Below are positions 1 to 12,644 of a stretch of 64,000 nt of DNA, in pieces. The stretch spans positions 496,001 to 560,000 of the forward strand of contig NW_027191413.1 of NCBI RefSeq assembly GCF_041146345.1, in the 5' to 3' direction. This stretch comes from Neodothiora populina. Taxonomy: Eukaryota. The position numbers and the translations under genes were made by a program. Within the stretch, counting starts at the first letter, position 1. The number at the start of each line of letters is the position of its first letter. The notes under the pieces are model-generated. The model made no database searches. It worked only from the letters and a program-made list of their open reading frames with translations, and was not told the origin of the DNA.

Positions 1-379
1 CATTGATCTCTTGGCATATTCTGTATCATTTCTCATTTCTCGTTTCATACTGTTCCATGTTCACGTCTAGCGCTAACAATTTCATTTATTCATTCGTTTT
101 TTCAATAGTTCTCGTATATTCACTGTCTTTCCTTGTCACGAGCGTTTAGCCGTGTCCCTCTCCTGTGTTACCAACTTTCTTTAACCATCCTATCCTGTTT
201 TAATGAAATCCGGTCGGCCACGTGCATCAAAACCTAAACGCTCCCAAGCTTCGCCTCCGGCTTCCTACCTATTTCGACTCGGTACTATCGCAATATCCCG
301 AGCATTTCAAGACCAACGTACCCAATTGCACCCTGAACTTCAGCCGACCGTTCCTCTCCGATCTTTATCTAGTCAGGAC

Positions 380-1448
380 ATGGCATCCTCGATTTGGGGT
401 TATGCGAAGATCCCACTTGCCCTGGGTTCAGGTTTGAGTGTAGTGTTAAGTAGCGCTTTGTACTACTTTCAGAAGTAAGTAAATCGCTAGCTAATGGATG
501 CAAATATCTGACATCCACAAGCGAACTGATATATCCTCGCAACATCCCGATAGGCGCCCGGACTGATGTTCCGAAACCTGCTCGCTTTGGACTCAGCGAC
601 AGCGAGGAATTGATGCTGCCGACTCCGGATGGCGAGACTATAAGTGCCTTTCTCATACATCCTGACAACAAGAGTCAAGCCAAGAATGTGACTGTAATGA
701 TGTTTCATGGAAATGCTGGCAATATTGGTCATCGTCTGCCAATCGCAAAGGTGCTTGCTAATGATCTTGGCTGTAACGTTTTCATGTTGCAATATCGTGG
801 CTATGGCCTATCAACCGGATCTCCTGGCGAAGCTGGAATCAACATTGATTCGCAGACCGGACTCGACTACATTCGTCAACGTGAAGATTTGAAGAACACG
901 AAGATAGTACTGTACGGTCAAAGTCTAGGAGGAGCCGTCTCGATAGCCCTAGCCGCTCGTAACCAAGAACAGAAAGACATTGCAGGCATGATATTAGAGA
1001 ACACATTCCTCAGCATCAGAAAGATGATTCCCAGGTGTGCTCTATTTCCAAGCTCCGACACTCATCATTTCACAACTACTAGCGATATTGCGTTTGGCTG
1101 ATCAGGTTTCAACAGTGTCATGCCCGTAGCCAAAGTATTAGCGCCTCTATGTCACGAGGTGTGGCCGAGTGAAGAAGTGCTCCCCAAGATTTCGGGAATA
1201 CCGATCTTATTTATGAGCGGTCTGCAAGATGAGATAGTGCCGTAAGTTCTATACATTCGATTGACTTGCGCGTCACGCTCGACTGATTGCTTTCACTCAG
1301 ACCATCACATATGAAGCGGCTGTACGAGATATATAAGAATGGACCTAAAACTTGGAAGGAGCTCCCGCATGGCGATCACAACAATACAGTCTCTGAGGTT
1401 GGATATTTTCATTTTGTAAATGACTGGATGAGGGATCATGTGGTATGA
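380..1448 (+). CDS. bem46: Bem46/ABHD13-like alpha/beta hydrolase (4 exons: 380-474, 522-1034, 1116-1241, 1301-1448)
   Basis: N-terminal membrane anchor, FHGNAGNIGHR, nucleophile elbow GQSLGG, LENTF, DEIVPP and HGDHN motifs; three GT-AG introns join in frame; upstream in-frame ATG at 203. Confidence 0.9.
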
Positions 1449-2448
1449 ATAGCTCTTGCTGTCGCATCGAATCATGGACTTGGCAGATACAGCGATGATC
1501 TCAAATGTCAGATTCAAAGCTGGAAAAGGTACATGAGCATCGGCGTCACCGAGTTGCAAGCAGGATGATAATCGTTACAACATCACTGACAATGCATAAT
1601 CAACTATACTTATCATAGGTATTTTTGACTTGCTTCTGTTCTCGGAAACATTTGAGTCATTCCTGGCTAAGATTACACGGCACAGGTCGAAGGTTCGGTG
1701 GGAGACGGGTTGTACAATGCATGATCGGGGTGTTAGTCTCTCCGCATACAGCAGGTCTCGCAGTACCCATACATGTTACCGAATCAAGCAAGATACCCAA
1801 AATGTTCTCCCGCAAACAACGCCGCCTACTCTTATTCGCTCACCGACCATCTTACTTGTTGCTTGAAATGAGTCTTTATCATGTGGACACCCGTTTACCT
1901 CATTCGGCAGGATTGTCTGACCATGACACCGAATGCACTTCACTTGGTGTATAGGTAATTCCTTCAGAGATGGAGCTAGTCGGAGATCGTAGCTGTGTTT
2001 CACTCTCACTGGCGTGCGCCCTATGCCTTACTGATACTTTGCAACGAGATGCGGGGTGGGCGAGTCTGTGACTCGGGATGACTGTTCGCCCGACTGCCAC
2101 TAGACAAGATTCGGACTATACACGGTACCAAGACCACCAAATCAAACGCCGGTACGCCCTCTTTGTTGTACACAGGGGGAAGGCGCCATGTTCGTGGCAG
2201 GCTGCCGCAAGTAGACGGTTAAATTCTTGCGCCTGTCTGAAATGACGGCGCCATGGTACTGTATGATCCTGTGATCTGACGGATCTCTATAGCTAGGTCG
2301 TCGTTTCCATACCTTTGAATATTCCAGACCTTCCAACTCAGAGCTCTCATCTCACGTTCCTATATCGTCTCAATCCATCCATTACCTTTTCCTCAAACCT
2401 TTCGTGACCAAGTCTTGCGCTTCCTAGTGTGCCTCAAGACTGCGCACT

Positions 2449-4413
2449 ATGGGTTTACTTGGGAGATTGGAGGCGCTTAAGGCCAATTCCTCGAAAGCAT
2501 CAACGCGAAGTGCATCCCAAGCATCATCAGATCGAGACGATGTGCATGCCCCTGTCTCCGCTGATCAGAAGTACCAGGAGGCAGGTGTAACTCTGCAGCC
2601 TGTTTTGACCACATCGGACGGACACTCTCAAATACAACCCGACTACACAGATGAAAAGGGCGTAGGAATCGTGAAGCCGAGTGAAGCAATTGAGGAGGAG
2701 AAACATGAGGAGGAAGATGACACCGATTATCCTACATCCTGGAAGCTTGGTCTGATTACGATTGCTCTATGCTTGAGTGTTTTCTGCATGGCCCTTGACA
2801 ACACAATCATCGCCACAGCAATCCCCAAAATCACAGATCAATTCAAAGCAATCAACGATGTGGGCTGGTATGGCAGCGCTTATCTACTCACAACATGCGC
2901 CTTCCAGCTGTTTTTCGGAAAACTATATACTTTTCTCAACCTGAAATGGGTGTACGTCACGGCTTTATTCATCTTCGAATTAGGATCCTTCATCTGCGGA
3001 ATTGCACCCAACTCCACTGCCTTGATCCTTGGACGTGCAGTTGCCGGTCTAGGCTCTGCAGGAATTTTCTCGGGTGCTATTCTAATTGTCGCCAACACCG
3101 TTCCCTTGTCCAAGAGGCCAATATATACAGGATTGATTGGTGGCATGTATGGTCTGGCAAGTGTGGCAGGACCATTGGTAATATATTCCCCAAGCTATTC
3201 GGGTGTGCTTTGACTGATGTTTGACAGATGGGTGGTGCCTTTACTGACCATGTTTCATGGCGGTGGTGCTTCTACATTAACCTGCCATTTGGTCTGGTGA
3301 CCGGAATATTTATCGTCTTCTTCTTTCACCCTACGCAGCGAGCCAGAGCCATGTCTGCTGGCTGGAAGGCCAAACTCGAGCAGTTCGACATCTACGGCAC
3401 CCTCATCTTCTTGCCCATGATCGTGTGCCTTCTCTTGGCATTACAATGGGGCGGAAGCAAGTATCCTTGGAGTTCTGGTCGAATCATTGCACTCTTTGTT
3501 GTCTTTGGTGTTCTATGTATCATCTTTGTCGGAGTTCAGATCTGGAAGGGCGAGAATGCAACGGTTCCTCCACGCGTGCTCAAGCAAAGATCTGTCGCAG
3601 CGTCGGCGTGGTTTGGCGCATGTTTGGGTGCGGCATTGTAAGTTTCTTCCGCTCATGAATCTATAAAGTGATGCGCTGACAATAACAAGCTTCGTCTTTG
3701 TTTACTATCTCCCAATCTGGTTCCAGGCAATCAAAGGAGTATCGGCGACTAAGTCAGGCATAATGTCACTACCCTTGATTCTGGGCCTAGTGATCGTCTC
3801 ACTGATCGGAGGTGGTCTCATCACTGCCTTTGGATATTACACACCGTTCATTATCACCTCGTCCATCCTGATGTGCATCGGTGCCGGGCTTTTGACCACT
3901 CTGCAGACCAACACAGGACATGCGAAGTGGATCGGATACCAGGCTCTTTTCGGATTCGGCGTTGGCTTTGGCATGGTGAGCACACTTTCTCACAGCAGTA
4001 CGGAAATTGCATCCACTGATGAAATCAAACAGCAAAATACACTCATCGCAGTGCAGACTGTGCTCCCAAAAGCCGATGTTCCAATTGGCACCGCAATCGT
4101 CATGTTTAGCCAGACTCTCGGAGGCGCACTCTTCATTTCAGTTGCACAAAATATCTTCACGAACCGCCTGCTCACGAATCTCAAAGCCGTCGTCCCGGGC
4201 CTTGACTCTAGCATTGTGCTCGCCACTGGCGCCACCAACCTGAAGACGGTCATCGCGCAAGAGTATCTCCCTGGGGTGCAAACTGCCTACAACGAAGCTA
4301 TCACGCAATGTTTCTACGTCGCCGTTGCTTTGGCTTGCTTGTCATCAATTGGTGCCGGGTTTATGGAGTGGAAGTCTGTCAAGGGCAAGAAGATTGAGAT
4401 GGCTGTAGCTTGA
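2449..4413 (+). CDS. MFS drug/toxin efflux pump, DHA2 (14-TM, AflT-like); introns about 3178-3227, 3638-3689 and 3976-4032
   Basis: [45 protein letters not shown] and C-terminal MEWKSVK motifs spread across ORFs 2449, 3228 and 3763, with GT-AG introns between them. Confidence 0.93.
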
Positions 4414-5464
4414 TTACTGTATCAGTACTGCTTTGAGCATCTTTTGTTTTTTTTCCTTTGGCAACGGCGTTTACTTTCTAGTGGATGGGAAAGGTTAGAT
4501 TTTGAGTGGGATCAGAACATGGAGTAGATACTGGGAGAAGTCTCCGCTCAGATGCGATGAAGAAGACTACATCTCACCTCTTAGCTACTGTACTTTTATC
4601 ATCAGACAGAAAATGAGAGAAAGAATAGGGCAAAACCACATGTCTATATATATGTGCCGATAATAGCGTGCTGAGCGTCAGTCCTTTGTCAAGCAAGTAT
4701 GTGATGCGTGTGGAAAGTGAATACTGTATACGGCGACCTTGAGCTCTATTCACTTTATGAGATACGCACTACGAAAAAGAGAAAGAGAGAGCTCCGAGCC
4801 CCTCGACATAGGCAGAGTCGAGACACCGAGTGAGACCTATACACGACTTACTTGTGCGTCGAGGCCACCACATGAGGTCAATAGCACAGTCTCTCGTGAT
4901 CCAATCCCCCCCCCTCTTGCGAGCAGGATTTGAGTCGAGACGAGGAAAGAGTCAATTCACTTGCCCGAGTGCAGCGGTTTTGGGATCATTTTGGTGTCAG
5001 GATGTATGAAAGTTGATGACACAGCGGAAGTGGTAAGGCAGTTTGCGAAAAGAAGAGGTTCTGGAAGAGTAATACAGTATCTTTGATCGAGATTGGGTGA
5101 GAGTCTCTATTTCTTTTTTCAATTCTTTAAGAGAGAATGGTCCTTCCGAAGCGATGAAGACCCAGGACCCTCGAGGCTTCGTACATGTCACGAGGTGTGG
5201 AGGGACGGGACAATGGGGGGTTTTGGACTTTGGCACTTACCTTGTCCACCTTGAGATGAGTTGAACTAATAACGGAGTCTGGGCACGAGATCCGCAGCGT
5301 GCAGGATGACACCGGGGCTGTTCCCCTATTCTCAACGCAAGTGATGACTCGTCAAGGCAAGTGGCCCCCCTCTCCTGTATTCGACCACCTCTTCCAGAGA
5401 GGCATCAACAGCCATACAGAATCTTACCTGTTCGATTCCCCTCCTGCCACAACACGCAGTAAAC

Positions 5465-5851
5465 TCACACCCTAACGAACCCACCCCCTAACCAATCTCC
5501 AAGTCCCATCTTCACGTCCCTCGCCTCCGCTCTATGACTACGCAAAAGTTCCCAGACGTCTTCGCGACTGACGCAATACCCCGTCTTGGCCCACCGAGCG
5601 TTGATCCGGTCGCATAGTGCGTCGGAGCTGTCTTTCCAGTCGTGCGAGTCCCAGGCTTCCAGCAGGAGGACACGGATTGGGGAGTCGGGAGGTGGCGGGG
5701 ATGGCTCTGATGGGGGAGGAGAGGAAGTGGTGGTGGTGGTGGTGGTGGTGGAATGGAGGATGGAGCGGAAGGTCGAGAGGATGTGGGAGGGAAATTTCGA
5801 GGATCTACTGCTGCTGCTGTGGGTTGTGCTGCTGTTAGTCTTCGTCTTCAT
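5465..5851 (-). CDS. Small hypothetical protein (~128 aa): Ser/Thr/Pro-rich N-terminus plus helical, HTH-like C-terminal domain
   Basis: ATG at 5851 (MKTKTNSS...); low-complexity start followed by a globular-looking segment IRVLLLEAWDSHDW...VSREDVWELLRSH; no recognised homolog. Confidence 0.45.
   Translation of the reverse strand: MKTKTNSSTTHSSSSRSSKFPSHILSTFRSILHSTTTTTTTTSSPPPSEPSPPPPDSPIRVLLLEAWDSHDWKDSSDALCDRINARWAKTGYCVSREDVWELLRSHRAEARDVKMGLGDWLGGGFVRV
5727..5750. repeat. (GTG)8 microsatellite encoding poly-Thr on the minus strand
   Basis: Direct reading of the sequence. Confidence 0.9.
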
Positions 5852-6897
5852 AGTGATGGTGGTGGTGGTGAGGTGCTTTGCGTTATCGGTTCTCAACTTT
5901 CTCTTTGAGATACGGGATACGAGAAGGAAAAAAAAGAGATCTCTTCTCGGGTTACGTCTGGCTTCTTTGCTGATGCCAATCTTACTCTCTCTCAAGATTG
6001 TGTGTGCGGCAGATATCCTTGGAATAGAGACCGTTGTAATCGTGGACCTGCACGATTGGTGTACAACTTGTCTTACCTGTTCGAATTGTAAGCGGAGAGA
6101 GGACTGTACCTAGATGCAACGCAAGCCTAACAAAAGAAAAGCCAAAAGAGGACTCGACAGCAATGTCCAGATTGCTTCGAAGACAGAGTTTGAAAAGCAA
6201 TCTCAGAAACACTACGTCCATCATTGATTACTTGACGTTATACAAGTACCAGGCACACACCTTTGGGCCTCTCATCGAGCTTTGTTCCAGACAAAAACAC
6301 AAAACGAGCTTTGTGTGAATAAACAAAAGGACTTTGATAAGTTTTTGTTTCTGATGAATGACTTGATAGAAATTAGACAAAGGAACTTGAGATAATTGCT
6401 TAATTTGATTTCATCATCGCGCGGTACGGGCGCGCTTTACAAAGACCGAAAAGGAGTGACAAGGGTAGAGACAAAGAAATCGCGCCGGCCACAGGAATGT
6501 AGAGGAACTGCGGCAATCAATGCAGAGCACAATCCATTGGGAGGTGGTAAAATGAGATGGCTTCAACCTGGAGCCATGATTCGGAAGTATATCTTCCTGG
6601 ATAAGGCGAGCGGTGGATGAGAGGTGGGGAATAATTGGGGGAATGGAGGGTAGAGGGAGATGAGAGATAGAGGGATAAATGTCAATCGCTAGTGTACTCG
6701 TCAAGTTGCAAACGCATTTTGGGGAATCAATTCATTTCCACGCCGGAGTGCTCCACAACAGCCGAATTGCTCGCTGCAAGCCTTTGAAATGCCATCGCGC
6801 CCTTGTTCGAAAAGCCGTAAAAGATGAGCCGACTTCGTCGCTGTTCTGACGAGGCGGACCATCTAAAGAAACATAGAGGGGATAAATAACAAAGCAT

Positions 6898-8389
6898 TTA
6901 CGCCTTGGGCTCCTCGGCCTCGGGGGCGGCCTCAGGGGCTGCCTCAGCGGGCTTCTCCTCGGTCTTGGCTGCCTCAGCGGCAGGCTCGGGCTCGCTGCCG
7001 TCGGAAGAGGTCCAGAGAGTGAGGTTGTCACGGAGGAGTTGCATGATCAGGGTGCTGTCACGGTAAGACTCCTCTGACAGAGAGTCGAGCTCGGCAATAG
7101 CGTCGTCGAAGGCCTGCTTGGCGAGGTGGCAAGCGCGGTCGGGTGAGTTGAGGATCTCGTAGTAGAAGACGGAGAAGTTGAGGGCGAGACCGAGACGGAT
7201 GGGGTGAGTGGGAGTGAGCTCAGTCTGGGCAACATCGGTTGCGTTCTGGTCAAGAAGGTCAGTCATGTGATTTTCAAGACAAGACGAAAGCAAAGAAAAA
7301 AAAATCACCTTGTAGGCCTCGTGAGCAGCGGTGGCAGCACCCTTGCGCTTCTCGCCGCTAGCGAACTCGGCAAGGTATCGGTGGTAGTCACCCTTCCTGT
7401 TTGGTCATTCTGTCAGCCGGGTGTCGTCAAAGCAGTCAAAGGATTACAAAAGACGAACATCTTGTGGTAGAAGACCTTGGACTCGCCAGACTCGGCCTTG
7501 GGGATGAGGGACTCGTCAAGGACGTCGAGGACATCCTGGCACACCTTCTCGAGCTCGGTCTCGATCTTCTGGCGGTACTCGCGGATGATGGAGACGTGCT
7601 TGTCAGAACCTTTTTGCTCCTCCTTCTGCTCGATCGAGGAGATGATGCGCCAAGATGCACGGCGGGTACCGACGACGTTCTTGTAGGCGACGGAGAGGAG
7701 GTTGCGCTCGTCAACGGTAAGTTCACCGCCAACCTAGATGGGATCAGTGAGTCAGTGGGCTGCACGTAGGATGTCGGCGGTTGCGTGTCATGTTGCACAG
7801 AATGGCATTCTGTCTCGTTGTCCCGGTCGTGCAGGGAGAGTAGGTTGGATGGGGGCAGAGCTGATGATGATGTGGTGTGGAGATTATACCTTTGCGACTT
7901 CCTATAATGATTCGTTAGTACGTAATTCACACCGCCTTGCAGATTCTGGACTATTGCTCATCTCCTCACCTTCATGTATGTGACCATCTCTGGGGTTGGA
8001 TGTCAGCATGTGTGATTATCAGGCAGCATTATTGGTTATCGTACCATCGTAGCGCTCGGCCTGCTCGGACAGCCTTGCGAGGAAGGTCTTGCTGTATGAC
8101 CGTTAACAAAGACATCCGGGGAAGGAAGGAGCTTCATCGAGCTCTATCCATTTTGGTTCTGTGCAAGGTATTTACCTCTCACGCTGTGGAGAAAGCAAAG
8201 GTCAGCATACAACCATCATATACAAAACACAGGCAGCAGCAGTAGCAGAGCGTGGTTAAATGGGTGTGGGGTGGGACTTTTGTTGAGCTTTCCTGATGCA
8301 GCAGGCAGCGTCACAAGAGAAGTGCTTGCTTGAGTTCCCCCCCACCCCTTTTGCCGCCCAAAAAGCTGACGACTTACTTCGGTGGCCAT
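6898..8389 (-). CDS. 14-3-3 protein (8 exons: 8378-8389, 8176-8183, 8045-8091, 7970-7989, 7890-7901, 7459-7733, 7309-7396, 6898-7245)
   Basis: Spliced translation [52 protein letters not shown]...[18 protein letters not shown]...[17 protein letters not shown]; all introns GT-AG. Confidence 0.97.
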
Positions 8390-10715
8390 TTCGAAGGAAT
8401 TTATGGAAAAAGGCGGTAAGTGGTGGTGTTGTAAATGTCGGGTTGGACGCGTGTGCGCGGGAAGATGGAGAGATACGAAAAGGGTGTGGAGTGGTGAGAG
8501 AGAGAGAGAACGAGAGAGAGAGTTGGATGGCTGAGCGTTTGGACTTGTTTACCGAAAGCTGCTTGGTGGGTTATGGGAGGGAGCCAAGGTCGACGACGCA
8601 GAGGAAATGGACGAGCCCGCATTTCACCTGCTCCCAAAATCAGTCCACGTGACTCTTCTGTCTTCTGCAGTGGCTCGAGTGCACACTTGCTGTGGACACT
8701 GCTGTGCACACTGACACTGCTGGGTGGACCCTGGCTGCCTTGAGACTTGAGAGTGCAATTTCCCGTCTTCGTCGTCCTTCCAGCTCCCGGTCCTTACCCT
8801 TACCTTAGTGAAACTCTTGCATGTTGTCATGCGTCATTTGTCATTTGCACTCTATGTTTGATCCGCTAATCGAGCCCCCAAATTTACTTTAAGGGGCTTC
8901 TAGAATAGCTGTGACAATTCCACCACTGTTTTTCTGCTCTGAATGCTTTTCACCGCCTGCGTTTTTACCACTGCTCTATTCTTGTCTGTTGGTCATGTTA
9001 CGTCGAGATAGACTACAGCGATGGTGGTGACACTGGTCATGTCGGTAGGTAGCGGCCACCACATAATAGCAGCAAGTAAAGAAGGGGACACACTATCATC
9101 ACTGCTGTCTGGACACACACGTCACTGCCTAATATTGCTATTGCCATTGCCATTGGCACATCTGTTCGCCGGCCAAATAAAAACCAATAGCAGAGATTGG
9201 TATCAAAGACAAATAGGAAAAAAGGAAAAAGGGAAACAGAAAGCTCGGGCATACAGTAGGGGCCCCCGCTCCCTTTACTTTCTTGTCTCCAATTAATCTC
9301 CATGAGAGCAAAGCGTTGGACACCGAGCAATGATAGCAACGACTATACCAGTTGATGACACCTATTAGCTTTCTTGTGAGGTCGAGGATCTGGTCTGTTT
9401 CAGTCGTGTGGTTCGATATAGCGTGTCTATATGTGGAGGGCTCCGTGAGTCGCTATCGGCACTGCTAGAGTGTCCTTCTAGATGTTTCGTTCGTCCCAGT
9501 GAGATTGACATCTCGTGAATGTCTCTGTATGCGGCTCAAAGACATAGGGGGCTCAGCTTATATGAGCCCACTGGGGCACGTCTCGGTAGCCGAGGAACAA
9601 GACGTCGAGGGAAATGATGAAGGTAGAGTAATAACAGCTCAGAAGCGTCCGTTGTTTTGAAGAGACTCTGAAGCTGGTCTACCTTTGCAAGAATAGCACA
9701 TAGAAAAGGAGGTAGAATGGTAGAAGCAACAACACCACCAAGAAGACTTGATGTCCAACCGCCACACACCTGTCCTAGCTACCTAAGGTAGACAGTCACA
9801 ACTACTGCACAGCAGAAGTGGACCGCCTCAAGTATCCTCCAAACCACAATCACTCTACACCTAACCGTACAATTGAACGACATGAATGATTGAGGGACAG
9901 GGAGACAAGCAGCCAAGGCAAACGTACCGTACCTCACGGCAAGGCAACAACAATAATGCATTTATTCTTCTTCGATTCTCTTCCGCGAACCAACCGAGCG
10001 TCCCTTCCCCGTGCTTCCCCCCGGGCTCCGATCCACCTCCACGCCAGGACCGAGTACGAGTACCGCACTGTATGCTCTTTTCTTCGTAGCCCAACGCAGC
10101 CCAACTCGAATCCAGGCGTCCACCCAGTCCTCCTTACGTAGGTAAAGTGCAGCGAAGTACAAGCAAAGCAAGGTGCCTAGGCAGTGAACTCAATCCTGAT
10201 GAAGCAGTCCAACTAGAATAGAGTAGATAGCCAAGACAGTCGCTAGAAATCAGAATCACTCACTTGACCTCTGCCGCTCCACTACCTTATTACCTACTGT
10301 ACCTTGCCTACCGTACAATTACCCTCAAATGCTCCGGCAGACCCTTTTGAATTTTCGTATCGACTGTGCCGTATCGTAATCTATACTTTTCCACAGTCGA
10401 CTGTCCCCGTTCGTCCTCTGCGTTCTTATCTACAGTACAGTACAGTAAGGTAGATACTGTAGAACCCGCCGCTACGTACCTGACGGCACCTACGCTACGA
10501 AAAACGTCCCACTATTTCGCAAACACCTCACGCGCACGTCGATCCAACTCGACGCCCTATCGTCGTGCAGCAGATGACAAGTACAAGCCCTGTATTCAGC
10601 TACACGACCGCCTCAACTCGGCCCCCATCTAAGTGGTTCGAAAACAAAAACAAAAACAAAAGCAAAGCGAAGAGAAAAAGAATAGCCGACTAGACCAATC
10701 GTCCCCTCGCGCTCG

Positions 10716-10938
10716 CTTATCCTCGGTTTTGTTCGGAGATATAGTATCGCCTATTTATTGACCGGGAGATAAGTCATGAGCACGTTTGTCCTGACTGTCG
10801 GTTTGCCTTGTTATCTACCTACCTATGTATTGCAAGCGATGCGAAGGATAAGGACGGGGGGAAAAGGCGCGAAGGGTAGGATCGTTTCGCGCGAGAACGA
10901 GGGTGTCTTACGTGCTGTTGGCGGGGAGTTGTGATAAG
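10716..10938. promoter_or_regulatory. Cluster of GATAA(G) sites (AreA/Nit2-type) upstream of the serine dehydratase
   Basis: CTTATC 10716, GATAAG 10768, TTATC 10811, GATAAG 10847, GATAAG 10933. Confidence 0.5.
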
Positions 10939-11242
10939 CTACCTACTGTAGGTAAGGGTAGCTGGGCTGGGGTTTGGCTTTTTTTTCGGGGTCGTAGTGC
11001 AGCTGTGTAGGTACAGTATATATACCGACCTTGTATATATATGTGGTCGGAGACATCTTGTATTCAATCTTTCTTGTTTCTCTTGACAGAGACTTTTGAG
11101 ATTTGGAACTTCTTCTTGCTTGTAGTGCATGCATGATATCTTGTGCTTTAGTGTAGCGTGGCATTACATTACTCTTTCGAACCTCACCATCACCATCATC
11201 GTCACAGAGTATCAAGAGGAACAAGGAAACGACGAAGACACC

Positions 11243-12457
11243 ATGACTCTGACCAAACCCTGGGTGGAAACACCCCTTGTCGAATCAGCTACGCTGTCCA
11301 AAGCAGCAGGATGGTACGGAACCCACCCCTCTCTCTGCCCTCCCATCCCTACCCTTTCCTACCCTCCTCATCTCCAAGACCAAAAAAGAAAAAGAGACGA
11401 AAGGAAAGACACATGATTTCTAAATCGCAGAAGCAGAATCTTCCTAAAGATGGAAACCCTGCAGCCATCCAAATCCTTCAAGTCACGCGGCGTCGGCAAC
11501 CTGATCCTGCAATCACTGGCGAAATCGCCCTGTCCGGACCGCACGCACTTTTACTCTTCCAGCGGCGGAAATGCCGGTCTCGCGTGTGTTCACGCCGCCA
11601 GAAGCCTAGGCCGACCGGCGTCTGTTGTTGTGCCTATGAGTACCAAGGAGCTCATGATTGCTAAGCTCCGGGCGGCGGGCGCGACGGAGGTTGTTCAGTT
11701 TGGCGCGACGTGGAGGGAGGCCGATGCGTTTCTCAGAATGGAAGTGCTGGTCAAAGCCCGCGCAAAGGGCGAAGATGCAGTCTATGTGCCGCCGTTCGAT
11801 CACCCCGATATCTGGGCTGGGAACTCGACGCTCATGGATGAACTCGCGCTGCAGATGGAGGATGTTCGTGGTCCGGATGATGCGTCTTCTGCTCCGGATG
11901 TTTTGATCTGCAGTGTTGGCGGTGGAGGCCTGTTCAATGGCATCGTTGACGGCATTGACAGGTGCGGCGGGGAGTGGGATCGGACCCTGCTTCTGGCGGT
12001 CGAGACTCGAGGCGCCGAGTCGCTTGCGAAATCAATGAGCTCCAGAGAACACATCACGCTGCCTGGGATCACGTCCATCGCTACCAGCTTAGGCTGCACC
12101 AAAGTCTCCGATCGTACATACGAGCTGGCCACGACGAGGAAGCAGGTCAGGAGCGTGGTGCTGAGCGACGAGGAAGCGGCCATGGGATGCTGGCGACTGG
12201 CAGACGACGAGAACGTCATTGTCGAGCCCGCTTGCGGCGTCAATGTCGCTCTGTGCTACGGCGGGCGTCTCAAGAGAGCACTCGGCCGGCCGGTGCGTGG
12301 GGATGATAAGGTCGTTATCGTGCTGTGTGGCGGTAGCGCCATTACGGTCGATCAGCTCGCTCAGTTCAAGGAAGAGTTTGGCTATCTCGGGGATGAGTTG
12401 AGCCAGTCTGACAAAGCGGGGGTCGCGAGTGCGGTCACTAACGGAAGTAAACACTGA
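11243..12457 (+). CDS. PLP-dependent L-serine/L-threonine dehydratase (CHA1-like); exons 11243-11313 and 11434-12457
   Basis: ETPL...GCRIFLKMETLQPSKSFKSRG (PLP Lys), SSGGNAG, SVGGGGL, VEPACG and CGGS motifs. Confidence 0.92.
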
Positions 12458-12644
12458 CGAATCGGACAGCACTGAGGAATGGAAGCGGTCCAGTAGATCA
12501 GATAGAACGCATGGATGATTTCCGAGAAACAAATACAAACGCCATTATTACATGCATGTTTGGGTATCATTTACTGCAAATGCGACGTCGATTGCTTCAG
12601 AAGCGCCAGTGAGACGCGCAGAGTACAAGCTGAAACTCCCCTCC

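Noticed and set aside
5235..5468. Minus-strand GTAAG/GTGAGT donors downstream of the orphan ORF
   Set aside because: I could not build a consistent extra coding exon; these may be UTR introns or chance matches
5586..6113. 175-aa hydrophobic ORF on the + strand
   Set aside because: Poly-Val and poly-Leu runs come from microsatellites antisense to the minus-strand ORF; non-ATG start and no family motifs
9617..9671. Box C (ATGATGA) and box D (CTGA) pair
   Set aside because: Short spacing, no terminal stem and no recognisable rRNA antisense guide
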